A stretch of DNA of 43,238 nucleotides from an uncultured Candidatus Saccharibacteria bacterium (GTDB lineage Bacteria; Patescibacteriota; Minisyncoccia; Phycocordibacterales; Phycocordibacteraceae): contig CAYWEI010000001.1 in the NCBI GenBank assembly GCA_964457265.1, forward strand, positions 1-43,238, read 5' to 3'. Position numbers and translations under genes: made by a program. Each line of letters begins with the position of its first letter. The first letter of the stretch is position 1. Below the pieces are notes generated by a model that did no database searches, had not been told where the DNA came from, and saw only the letters and a list, made by a program, of their open reading frames with translations. Shown here piece by piece: positions 18,173-25,181 of the stretch.

Positions 18173-19450
18173 ATGAATGAGAATGACGGAGAGGAAGAAG
18201 CGGTCGTGACCGCGACAGGACGGAGCTTCGGGAAGCTCGCTAAGCTCGGCGTGGCTTTCGCTCTCGTCCTGGTGGTCGGATTCGCAGGCGGCATGTCCGT
18301 GAACGCGACGACGGCGAGCAAGATATTCGCGAAGGTGCCTCTCATGGGCGACAACCTCGACGCGACTCCGGACGCTTCTGCCGACCTGTCGGATTTCTGG
18401 AAAGCCTGGAACGCGCTCGACAACCGATTCGTGCAGACGCATGCCTCTTCGACGCTCCCGGGCTCTAAGGAGAAGCTCTGGGGCGCTATAGCAGGCCTTA
18501 CGGCAGCCTATGGAGACCCATATACCACCTTCTTCCCGCCAGCGGAGGCAAAAGTCTTCCAGGATGACATCAAAGGTAACTTCGTCGGCGTAGGCATGGA
18601 GATCGGCGTGAAGGACAATATCCTAACCGTTATCGCTCCGCTCAAGAATACGCCGGCAGAACGTGCCGGTCTCAGGCCCGGCGACGGCATCCTCGCCATC
18701 GACGATAAGTCGACGGAAGGGCTCGCGACCGACGAGGCGGTAAGGCTCATCCGTGGCGATAAGGGAACTACCGTCACGTTCACGGTCCTCCGCGATGGCG
18801 AGACCTCGAAGATAGCCGTCGTGCGCGACGTGATCGATGTCCCGACTATCGATAGCGGCCTCGATAAGGCCAGCGGCGTCTTCACTATCTCCCTCTATAG
18901 TTTCACTGCGAATTCCGGCCAGCTTTTCGCGAAGGCGCTCGCGGACTTCCGTGCCTCGGGATCGGATAAGCTCCTCGTGGATCTGCGCGGGGACCCGGGC
19001 GGCTACCTCTCTGCGGCTGTCCAGATCGCGAGCAACTTCCTCCCGGACGGCGCCGTCGTCGTGACCGAGGATTACCAGGGCAAGCAGGAGAATATCGTGC
19101 ACCGCAGCAGCGGCAAAGGCGGCGTCCCTGCCGGCACGAAAGTAGTCATACTCATCGATCAGGGATCCGCCTCCGCTTCGGAAATCCTCGCGGGAGCGCT
19201 CCAGGACGAGAAGGTGGCGACGCTCATCGGCACTCGCTCCTTCGGAAAGGGCTCGGTCCAGGAACTCGTGGATATAGAAGGCGCAGCCCTCAAGGTGACC
19301 GTCGCTCGCTGGCTCACCCCTGCAGGCCGTTCGATCTCCGATGGAGGCCTCACGCCTGACATAAAGGTGGAACGGACAAAGGAGGACTTCCTTGCCGGCA
19401 AAGACCCTCAGAAGGCTCGGGCCATCCAGTTCCTGACGACAGGCAAATAG
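18173..19450 (+). CDS. S41 carboxy-terminal processing peptidase (Ctp/Prc-like)
   Basis: N-terminal TM segment, PDZ domain (GVGMEIG..PAERAGLRPGD.I..ID), and catalytic region IDQGSASASEILAGALQD. Confidence 0.9.
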   Translation: MNENDGEEEAVVTATGRSFGKLAKLGVAFALVLVVGFAGGMSVNATTASKIFAKVPLMGDNLDATPDASADLSDFWKAWNALDNRFVQTHASSTLPGSKEKLWGAIAGLTAAYGDPYTTFFPPAEAKVFQDDIKGNFVGVGMEIGVKDNILTVIAPLKNTPAERAGLRPGDGILAIDDKSTEGLATDEAVRLIRGDKGTTVTFTVLRDGETSKIAVVRDVIDVPTIDSGLDKASGVFTISLYSFTANSGQLFAKALADFRASGSDKLLVDLRGDPGGYLSAAVQIASNFLPDGAVVVTEDYQGKQENIVHRSSGKGGVPAGTKVVILIDQGSASASEILAGALQDEKVATLIGTRSFGKGSVQELVDIEGAALKVTVARWLTPAGRSISDGGLTPDIKVERTKEDFLAGKDPQKARAIQFLTTGK

Positions 19451-19495
19451 CTATATATTTGCGAGATGAAGAGGGAACGGGTAGGATAGGCCTAT

Positions 19496-19921
19496 ATGAA
19501 AGTCGTACTACTCAAAGACGTGAAGAACGTGGGCAAGGCAGGATCTATCGTTGACTGTTCGGACGGGCACGCGCTTAACATGCTTTTCCCTCGCGGCATG
19601 GCGGCTCCCGCGACCGCGACGAACGTGAAGCAGGCCGAGCTCCGCGCTCAGCAGACCATCGACCGCAAGGAGCTCGATGAGAAGCTCATCGAAGCCCGTC
19701 TCGCCGTCCTCGCTGAAGAGCGCACCGTGATCACCAAGAAGGCGAACGACAAGGGTCATCTCTATGACGCGGTCGACGCGCGCGAGATCGCGAAGGCAGC
19801 CCAGCTTCCGGTAGAAGTCATCCGGCTCGAGAAGCCTATCAAGGAGCTCGGCGAGTTCGAGATCCCGGTATCGATGGGAGAGAATTTCGGAAAGATGACG
19901 ATCGTCATCGCAGCTGAGTAA
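19496..19921 (+). CDS. rplI: 50S ribosomal protein L9
   Basis: MKVVLLKDVKNVGKAGSIVDCSDGHALNMLFPRG. Confidence 0.9.
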   Translation: MKVVLLKDVKNVGKAGSIVDCSDGHALNMLFPRGMAAPATATNVKQAELRAQQTIDRKELDEKLIEARLAVLAEERTVITKKANDKGHLYDAVDAREIAKAAQLPVEVIRLEKPIKELGEFEIPVSMGENFGKMTIVIAAE

Positions 19922-19939
19922 GGTATAGCCTAAAGCAAG

Positions 19940-19969
19940 AAAAGCGCGCTACTTCGTGGCGCGCTTTTT
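19940..19969. terminator. Bidirectional intrinsic terminator
   Basis: aaaa-gcgcgctac-ttc-gtggcgcgc-ttttt. A- and T-tracts flank the stem on both sides. Confidence 0.7.
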
Positions 19970-19974
19970 GATAA

Positions 19975-20110
19975 TAGCAAAGTTCGCTCCACCGATGTAT
20001 CTTTTTGCATCCGTTTGACGGGTCCCCGCATAGTTTCATTGCGTCTCCCGTTAGTCGACTGAAACCACGCGTCCCGCCCGCACTCCTGAAAAAGTACACA
20101 TCGCTTCCGC
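19975..20110. repeat. Arm 1 of a diverged inverted pair of hairpin-forming elements (candidate structured RNA or foldback element)
   Basis: By hand alignment it matches the reverse complement of 20141-20275. Shared blocks are acgggtccc, agtttc, ctcccg, agtcg.ctgaaac, aaaaag and tac. Confidence 0.55.
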
Positions 20111-20140
20111 TTCTTTGCTTGGGTGTTAAAGAAAGTCACG

Positions 20141-20275
20141 GAGGCGAAGTACCTCTTTTTGTGTAGCGAACACGGGCCGTTCAGTTTCAGCCGACTTGCG
20201 GGAGGCGTGAGGAAACTGAACGTGGGACCCGTGGAGCGGAACAAAAAAGGTACTTCGCGGAGTGATCTTTCTGGA
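20141..20275. repeat. Arm 2 of the inverted pair; folds into a long imperfect hairpin
   Basis: gcgaagtacc (20144-53) pairs with ggtacttcgc (20249-58), tttttgt with acaaaaa, cacggg with cccgtg, and gttcagtttc (20179-88) with gaaactgaac (20212-21). Confidence 0.55.
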
Positions 20276-20278
20276 CAA

Positions 20279-20314
20279 GAAAAGAGCCGGATCCCTAGGG
20301 ACCCGGCTCTTTTC
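20279..20314. terminator. Bidirectional intrinsic terminator downstream of rpmA
   Basis: gaaaagagccggatccc-ta-gggacccggctcttttc, with one mismatch. Confidence 0.7.
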
Positions 20315-20327
20315 GGTAGGAGAGGCG

Positions 20328-20609
20328 TTACGCTGCTGCGAGGACGTCGACGACCTTCTTGATGACGGTGCGGCCATCGAAGTTGGTCTTGCGGCGGTTA
20401 CGGAAGGCGACCTTGCCCTCAGCTACGGCGTAGAGCGTGTGGTCACGGCCGACGCGGACGTTCTTCCCGGCTTCGATCTTCGTGCCGCGCTGGCGGACGA
20501 TAACCATGCCAGAGCGAGCTGCCTGGCCATCAGAAAGCTTTACCCCGAGAAATTTCGGTCCTGAGTCGCGCCCGTTCTTACTCGATCCTCCTGCTTTAGT
20601 ATGTGCCAT
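20328..20609 (-). CDS. rpmA: 50S ribosomal protein L27
   Basis: [35 protein letters not shown]. Confidence 0.95.
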   Translation of the reverse strand: MAHTKAGGSSKNGRDSGPKFLGVKLSDGQAARSGMVIVRQRGTKIEAGKNVRVGRDHTLYAVAEGKVAFRNRRKTNFDGRTVIKKVVDVLAAA

Positions 20610-20636
20610 GAATCAGATGCTATCCTTGAATGTAAG

Positions 20637-21059
20637 ATGACTATACCAGACCCCCGCGAGACGGGCAAGACGCTTCTGGGCCGTATCCCCGCGGATATCC
20701 TTATCATCTCCGTCCTTATCCTGGCATCCGTGGGTTCGTTCGGTCTCGGGGTCCTGGCAGGGAAGGATATGGCCAAGAACGCTCCAGCGAGCAGCCTGTG
20801 GATAGAGCAGCTTCCTGCGGCCGTGCGGAGCGGGGGAGGGCCGGCCGGGGCAGCTGCTGCCGTTCCGCGGGCACCGGTCACGGCTCCTGTCCCTGAAGGA
20901 CCCAAGGTATACGTGGCCTCGAAAAGCGGCACTAAGTACTACCTTCCGAGCTGCGGCTCGGTGAAGCGCATCAAGGAAGAGAATAAGGTCTGGTTCTCGA
21001 CTAAGGCAGAAGCCGAAGCAGCGGGCTATGAGCCCTCGACAGCGTGCCGGGGGTTGTAG
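20637..21059 (+). CDS. Membrane-anchored protein with a C-terminal Ada-like/'sunset'-type Cys domain
   Basis: One TM segment, an Ala/Pro-rich linker, then YVASKSGTKYYLPSCGSVKRIKEENKVWFSTKAEAEAAGYEPSTAC. The start is taken at MTIPDP. Confidence 0.5.
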   Translation: MTIPDPRETGKTLLGRIPADILIISVLILASVGSFGLGVLAGKDMAKNAPASSLWIEQLPAAVRSGGGPAGAAAAVPRAPVTAPVPEGPKVYVASKSGTKYYLPSCGSVKRIKEENKVWFSTKAEAEAAGYEPSTACRGL

Positions 21060-21068
21060 AATAGGAGC

Positions 21069-21680
21069 ATGATCGTCCTCGACGTCGAAACGACCGGGCT
21101 CGTCCCCAGTACCCATTCCATCGTGTCCCTAGGCGCGCTCGATCTCGATGATCCGACCAATCAGTTCTATGAGGAGTGCGGCGTCTGGAATGGCGCTGCG
21201 ATCGATGAGGATGCGCTCCGCATAAACGGGTTCGCTTTGAGCGAGATAGAAGGGGAGGGGGCGAGAGGGAAGCAGACGGAAGCAGGTCTCATCCAGAGCT
21301 TCATCGCCTGGGCGCTCGATCGTCCGCACGACCGGACCCTGGCCGCTCAGAACCCTTCTTTCGATCTGGAGTTCGTTCAGGCCGCGTGCAAGAGAGCGGG
21401 CATCGAGTGCCCGTTCGCTAAGCGCACGCTCGATATCCATACGCTGGTGTGGATGCATATGGTGTCTCGGGGCGAGAAGCCGCCTGCGAAGAACCATCAC
21501 TCCGCGATCAATCTCGACTTCGCGCTGCAGTATGTCGGGGTGCCTTCCGAGCCTAAGCCGCATAATGCGCTCACGGGAGCGCTATGCCATGCGGAAGTCA
21601 TAGCGCGCATAGCGTATAATAAGAAATTATTGCCCGACTTTAGCACCTTCGAACTACCATGGGAGACCAACCGCTCATAG
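21069..21680 (+). CDS. DEDDh 3'-5' exonuclease (DnaQ/RNase T-like)
   Basis: AGGAG SD upstream. ExoI LDVETTGL, ExoII AQNPSFDLEF, ExoIII HNALTGALCHAE. Confidence 0.8.
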   Translation: MIVLDVETTGLVPSTHSIVSLGALDLDDPTNQFYEECGVWNGAAIDEDALRINGFALSEIEGEGARGKQTEAGLIQSFIAWALDRPHDRTLAAQNPSFDLEFVQAACKRAGIECPFAKRTLDIHTLVWMHMVSRGEKPPAKNHHSAINLDFALQYVGVPSEPKPHNALTGALCHAEVIARIAYNKKLLPDFSTFELPWETNRS

Positions 21681-21682
21681 AT

Positions 21683-22450
21683 ATGCCGCAATCAGATGAC
21701 CTTTCCGTACCTGACGGAGCGTCGAAACAGGAACGCCATCGCCAGATGGGGACGGTGCTCGTGCGCGCTATCGAGGAAGGGAAGCATGACGTGCCGGAGA
21801 ATCCGCTGCCGCTCGTCTGCAAGCCTCAGAAACTGGAAAGCTGGCGCGTATTCAAGATCATGGCTGAGTTCGTGGATGGGTTCGATCTGCTCCGCAAGTA
21901 CGGGCTTGCCGCGACTTTCTTCGGGAGCGTGCGCACCCGTGCGGGCGATCGCTACTTCGAGGAAGCCAGTCAGCTCGCAGGGAAGCTCGCTAAGAGCGGC
22001 TATGCCGTCATAACCGGCGGAAGCGCGGGCATCATGGAGGCAGGGAACAAAGGAGCGAACGATGCAGGAGGATCATCGATAGGCCTCAATATCCGCCTAT
22101 CGGATGATCAGAGCCTCAATTCCCATCTCACTGACTCATTCACGTTCGATCACTTCTTCGTCCGCAAGGTCATGCTCGCGTTCGCGTCCGAAGTGTACGT
22201 CTACTTCCCGGGCGGATACGGGACCCTCGACGAGTTCACCGAGATCCTTACGCTCGTTCAGACGAAGAAGATCCATAAGGTGCCTATCGTGCTGTACGGC
22301 AAGGAATACTGGGATCCTATCGTCGAGCTGTTCCGCACGCATCTCTGCGCCAAGTTCCATACGATAGACGAATCTGACCTGGATCTGTTCGTCGTCGTCG
22401 ATTCCGTCGAGGAGGCGTACGAGCACATCATCGCTAATGTGAAATGCTAG
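21683..22450 (+). CDS. LOG family (TIGR00730-type) nucleotide 5'-monophosphate nucleosidase
   Basis: ITGGSAGIMEAGNKGA and PGGYGTLDEFTE motifs. The start is ambiguous between 21659 and 21683. Confidence 0.8.
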   Translation: MPQSDDLSVPDGASKQERHRQMGTVLVRAIEEGKHDVPENPLPLVCKPQKLESWRVFKIMAEFVDGFDLLRKYGLAATFFGSVRTRAGDRYFEEASQLAGKLAKSGYAVITGGSAGIMEAGNKGANDAGGSSIGLNIRLSDDQSLNSHLTDSFTFDHFFVRKVMLAFASEVYVYFPGGYGTLDEFTEILTLVQTKKIHKVPIVLYGKEYWDPIVELFRTHLCAKFHTIDESDLDLFVVVDSVEEAYEHIIANVKC

Positions 22451-22454
22451 GACT

Positions 22455-22613
22455 ATGGGACTCGATTACAGCCAGAAGCGTCTCGTTTCCGCCCCTCTGC
22501 GCAGGAAAGCCGGGAGCAAGAAGGCCCAGCGCTTGCAGATGTACGCATTCTTCACCGGCCTCATGAGCACCCTCATATCCCTTGTGCACTTAGTGATCAT
22601 TGCGCTGCAGTAG
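22455..22613 (+). CDS. Micro-membrane protein (52 aa), paralog A
   Basis: Basic N-terminus plus one TM segment. It shares YAF.TG..ST.ISL...VIIA with the next ORF. Below the track cutoff; read by hand. Confidence 0.5.
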   Translation: MGLDYSQKRLVSAPLRRKAGSKKAQRLQMYAFFTGLMSTLISLVHLVIIALQ

Positions 22614-22633
22614 GCGTGGTATCCTTCGGATAT

Positions 22634-22762
22634 ATGGCAAAACGCACTAAGAAGCGATCGCGAGCGCAGAAGATCGGCCTAGAGGTATATGCCTTCTGGA
22701 CGGGCTTCGCGAGCACCATCATCAGCCTCCTCCAGGTCGTCATCATCGCTACCAAGCACTAA
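22634..22762 (+). CDS. Micro-membrane protein (42 aa), paralog B
   Basis: MAKRTKKRSRAQKIGLEVYAFWTGFASTIISLLQVVIIATKH, a paralog of 22455-22613. Confidence 0.5.
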   Translation: MAKRTKKRSRAQKIGLEVYAFWTGFASTIISLLQVVIIATKH

Positions 22763-22767
22763 TCCTT

Positions 22768-23010
22768 ATGGATGCCGACGAGAATCCCGAGTCCGGTCTC
22801 GTGAGCATGACCACTATCGCCTATGCGATCCAGGCTCTCCAGAACGACCGCGAATCCCTTGAGAAGGAATTCGCCGCGAGCGGCTCAGCTGAGCTGGCCG
22901 ACCTGCTCGAAGAGTTCCGTGGCGCTCAGAAAGAGCTCAAGGACGTGTACGAAGAGCTGTATCTGAAATATCCCAACGACGTCCCGTACGGGATGCTGAT
23001 AGGAGAGTAG
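22768..23010 (+). CDS. Acidic helical hypothetical protein (80 aa)
   Basis: The ORF starts 5 nt after paralog B. It is E/D/L-rich and looks coiled-coil-like. Confidence 0.45.
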   Translation: MDADENPESGLVSMTTIAYAIQALQNDRESLEKEFAASGSAELADLLEEFRGAQKELKDVYEELYLKYPNDVPYGMLIGE

Positions 23011-23082
23011 AATTCCACGTAATGGAGATCTCACTGCACGTTTCTAACTGATGCGTCCAGCAGGGAAGCGGCAGCGGAAAAA

Positions 23083-23138
23083 TCCTAGAAAGCACTTCCC
23101 CGGAGGTGTTTTTTCTCTTTCGGGGGAGTGGTCCCTTT
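23083..23138 (+). terminator. CACTTCCCC module copy 1: 9-bp stem, 20-nt loop hairpin with T-tracts
   Basis: cacttcccc (23083-91) pairs with gggggagtg (23112-20, one G-U). An alternative short stem cacttc/gaggtg is followed by tttttt. ggga/tccc is followed by ttttctccttttt. Confidence 0.4.
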
Positions 23139-23229
23139 TCTCCTTTTTAGCGTTATCGAATACCCGATCAGAATATTCTGAGCCGACCTTGTCGTGGAAT
23201 ATTTCTACCGATACCTAAAGAGGAGAGTA

Positions 23230-23292
23230 ATGATGTCTATGGGAAGGAAGTCCAGAAAGCGTCTAAAAGCCCTTCCAGGGAAGTCCTGCTAA
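23230..23292 (+). CDS. Candidate 20-aa basic micro-ORF (MMSMGRKSRKRLKALPGKSC)
   Basis: Strong SD AGAGGAGAG lies immediately upstream. The coding sequence overlaps a GGGAAG/CTTCCC hairpin, so it could be RNA structure instead. Confidence 0.25.
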   Translation: MMSMGRKSRKRLKALPGKSC

Positions 23293-23480
23293 TGTGCGCA
23301 CAATATACCTTTTACGTAATACAGTCTGGAAATACTGACAAAGTGGGCCGTATCTCGTCTCGCTCCTCTGTGTCACTTCCCGACCGTTTTCTCTTGAAAA
23401 TGGATTCGTCTGTGCCTGCGCCCCGGGTGTAGAGATTCATCCTTATCTCTCTATGTCGATACATTTCTCTCTATAAAATT

Positions 23481-23535
23481 CTTCCTCTGCCACTTCCCCG
23501 ATTCTCTAAAATGGGAACTGGGGAAGTGCTACTTC
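23481..23535 (+). promoter_or_regulatory. CACTTCCCC module copy 3: mutually exclusive hairpin and intrinsic terminator (attenuator-like)
   Basis: cacttcccc (23481-89) pairs with ggggaagtg (23510-18), 9 bp. Alternatively gggaagt (23511-17) pairs with acttccc (23521-27), followed by ttttattt. Confidence 0.4.
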
Positions 23536-23679
23536 CCTTTTATTTCATGTGGAGTGGAACAGGATCGTAATTTTAAGGATAGTGGTGAATTGTCAGAACC
23601 TAGAGACAAATTGAGTTTCTTTCGATGGATGATCTGCAGATACTTTCAGAGGCAGTGCCGTAATGAGAGGTACTGTATC

Positions 23680-23710
23680 TGATACAAAGCGTCTTGGCCT
23701 AAAGCCAAGA
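23680..23710 (+). terminator. Intrinsic terminator
   Basis: gtcttggc-ctaaa-gccaagac followed by acttttatta. Confidence 0.5.
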
Positions 23711-23756
23711 CACTTTTATTATGTCGGGAAGAGATAATATAGAAATTTTACTTAAT

Positions 23757-24059
23757 CTACTTCAATAACTCATCCGCGCGTTCCCGTATAAGTCGCTCTA
23801 TCTTGCCCTTGAAGAATCCGAGAGCTCCCGGCAGCTCGCCGTCGAGCTCGATGGTAGGGGAACCGACAGTCATGGTTCCTTGAATCGAATAGCCTTTAAC
23901 CGAGAAGCTGAACTCCGCTGTCTTCCCTGTCCATTTCTCTTTCAGATCAGACACTAAGTTTCCGTACTCTTTCTTCGTTTCCGTAAGGAGCTTCTTGATC
24001 CGCTTCAAAGCCTCGGCCTCGGTAAGGTCGTGCTTGATAGACAGGTGTATCTTCGCCAT
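23757..24059 (-). CDS. Polyhydroxyalkanoic-acid-system (PHA_gran_rgn)-like small protein
   Basis: 100 aa. Pattern I.H.L...EA..R...L......E......W.G....F......G.SG...V....I.L...L....G.FKGKIE..I resembles TIGR02610/PF09650, from memory. Confidence 0.55.
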   Translation of the reverse strand: MAKIHLSIKHDLTEAEALKRIKKLLTETKKEYGNLVSDLKEKWTGKTAEFSFSVKGYSIQGTMTVGSPTIELDGELPGALGFFKGKIERLIRERADELLK

Positions 24060-24065
24060 GAGCGA

Positions 24066-25181
24066 TTACAGGACTTTTACGTAGTACGAAGCATCGCCAT
24101 AGAGCGTATAGGAAGCTCCGTTCTCAGTAGTGGGTGCTGCATACACCTCGATCTTCGAACCGATCTTGCCTTCGAGGTCGCCGATAGAATCGACGCCCTT
24201 GATCGAACCTACGGGAGGAATATTCATACGCATGCCGGTAAGCAGTATGACTTTCTTTCCATCGACGGTGACGCTGCATTCTCCGTCAGCAAAACAAGAA
24301 GTAGAGACCGCTTCTATCTTTCCAGTGAAGGTTACTCCAGATGGAGTCGTTGTCGCAGACTCCGTGGTCATGACGGCGCGAGTCTTCGGACCGAAGTATC
24401 CCGACGCCGGAACGATTCCGTGCGCGCTCTGGTATGCGGCTAGCGCGGCCTTGGTCAATGAGCCGAAGTATCCGGTTGCGCCCGCGGTTGCAAGGGACTT
24501 TGCCGCAGCTCCTGTGTCTTTTCCGATAAGGAAATTCTGGAGCCAGGTCACGTGAGTGCCGCGCATGCCCATCCAGAGGTCGGTAGAGGGGACTGGAGTC
24601 GCGATCGAGCACTCCCCTTCGGAAACGAACTCGGCTTTGTCGCTCTTGAGCGTGCAAGAGTTTCCATAGGTCTTTATGGTCCCGTCGAGAGCCTTTCCGC
24701 AGACTGGCTGGTAGATCATGGTGCACATCATCGGCTCCTCAGTAACCGGAACGAGCCCGAGACCCTCAAGCGCTTTTTCTGCCTCAGCTACCGTCTTGTA
24801 GCTCGTGTTGAGCGAGAGACTGTTCGTAGAGTACCCGTCAGTGCTATTCCCCGTTCCATAGATCGCCCACACGCTCCCCTTCTTGAAAGAAGAATAGCCG
24901 TCATCATAGCCGCAGGCTGCGGAACTGGAACGGGTGGTCAGGGTCACGGTATCCTCGAGCGTTCCTTTGTAGGTCGTGTCAACGGAAAAGGTCAGGTGGT
25001 ATTCCCCGTTAATGCTCTTATCCTGCGAAATGCCGGTGACGGTTCCCACGAACGCTATGTCCTTGCTCTCTAGATTCTCTTTAGCTGAAGGCGGCCAACC
25101 CGGCATGGGACTGCACGCGAGTGCGGGGGCCGCGAACGTCAGAGACACGAGCACGGCGAGCAGGAATAGGGTGTTTTTCAT
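24066..25181 (-). CDS. Secreted multidomain protein: TIMP/NTR-like N-domain, Kazal-like domain, PG_binding_1 domain, C-terminal beta-rich domain
   Basis: Signal peptide ends ..AAPALA-CSP. The bacterial TIMP-like pattern is C.P..P.....L...D.AFVG.V....Y..F.V...YKG.....V.L.T...SAACGY. Kazal-like YQPVCGKALDGTIKTYGNSCTLKSDKAEFVSEGEC. PG-binding THVTWLQNFL..GYFGSLTKAALAAYQ..GYFGPKT. Confidence 0.75.
   Translation of the reverse strand: MKNTLFLLAVLVSLTFAAPALACSPMPGWPPSAKENLESKDIAFVGTVTGISQDKSINGEYHLTFSVDTTYKGTLEDTVTLTTRSSSAACGYDDGYSSFKKGSVWAIYGTGNSTDGYSTNSLSLNTSYKTVAEAEKALEGLGLVPVTEEPMMCTMIYQPVCGKALDGTIKTYGNSCTLKSDKAEFVSEGECSIATPVPSTDLWMGMRGTHVTWLQNFLIGKDTGAAAKSLATAGATGYFGSLTKAALAAYQSAHGIVPASGYFGPKTRAVMTTESATTTPSGVTFTGKIEAVSTSCFADGECSVTVDGKKVILLTGMRMNIPPVGSIKGVDSIGDLEGKIGSKIEVYAAPTTENGASYTLYGDASYYVKVL

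Noticed and set aside
19905-20377. Track ORFs of 64-104 aa across the rplI/rpmA spacer (19905-20099, 19930-20244, 20123-20362, 20126-20377)
   Set aside because: They simply mirror the inverted repeat. Differences between the arms hit all codon positions. There are no SD sequences, and the ORFs run through the terminator hairpins.
23241-23320. GGAAGGAAGTCCAGA ... CAGTCTGGAAA looked like the RNase P P4 strands (GAGGAAAGUCCGGG / ACAGAACCCGGCUU). GGAAGGAAG also resembles SRP RNA domain IV.
   Set aside because: The two strands are only about 75 nt apart, and the complementarity stops after tccaga/tctgga. No GNRA tetraloop context or other universal RNase P or SRP blocks are present.
23083-23535. 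CACTTCCC-type repeats considered as a CRISPR array
   Set aside because: There are only three diverged copies, with irregular spacing of about 281 and 117 nt. Repeat length is inconsistent and no cas genes are present in the window.
23011-23756. AT-rich repeat block considered as a replication origin
   Set aside because: No TTATCCACA-like DnaA boxes were seen on either strand, and there is no dnaA or dnaN nearby. The repeats are better described as hairpin or terminator modules.
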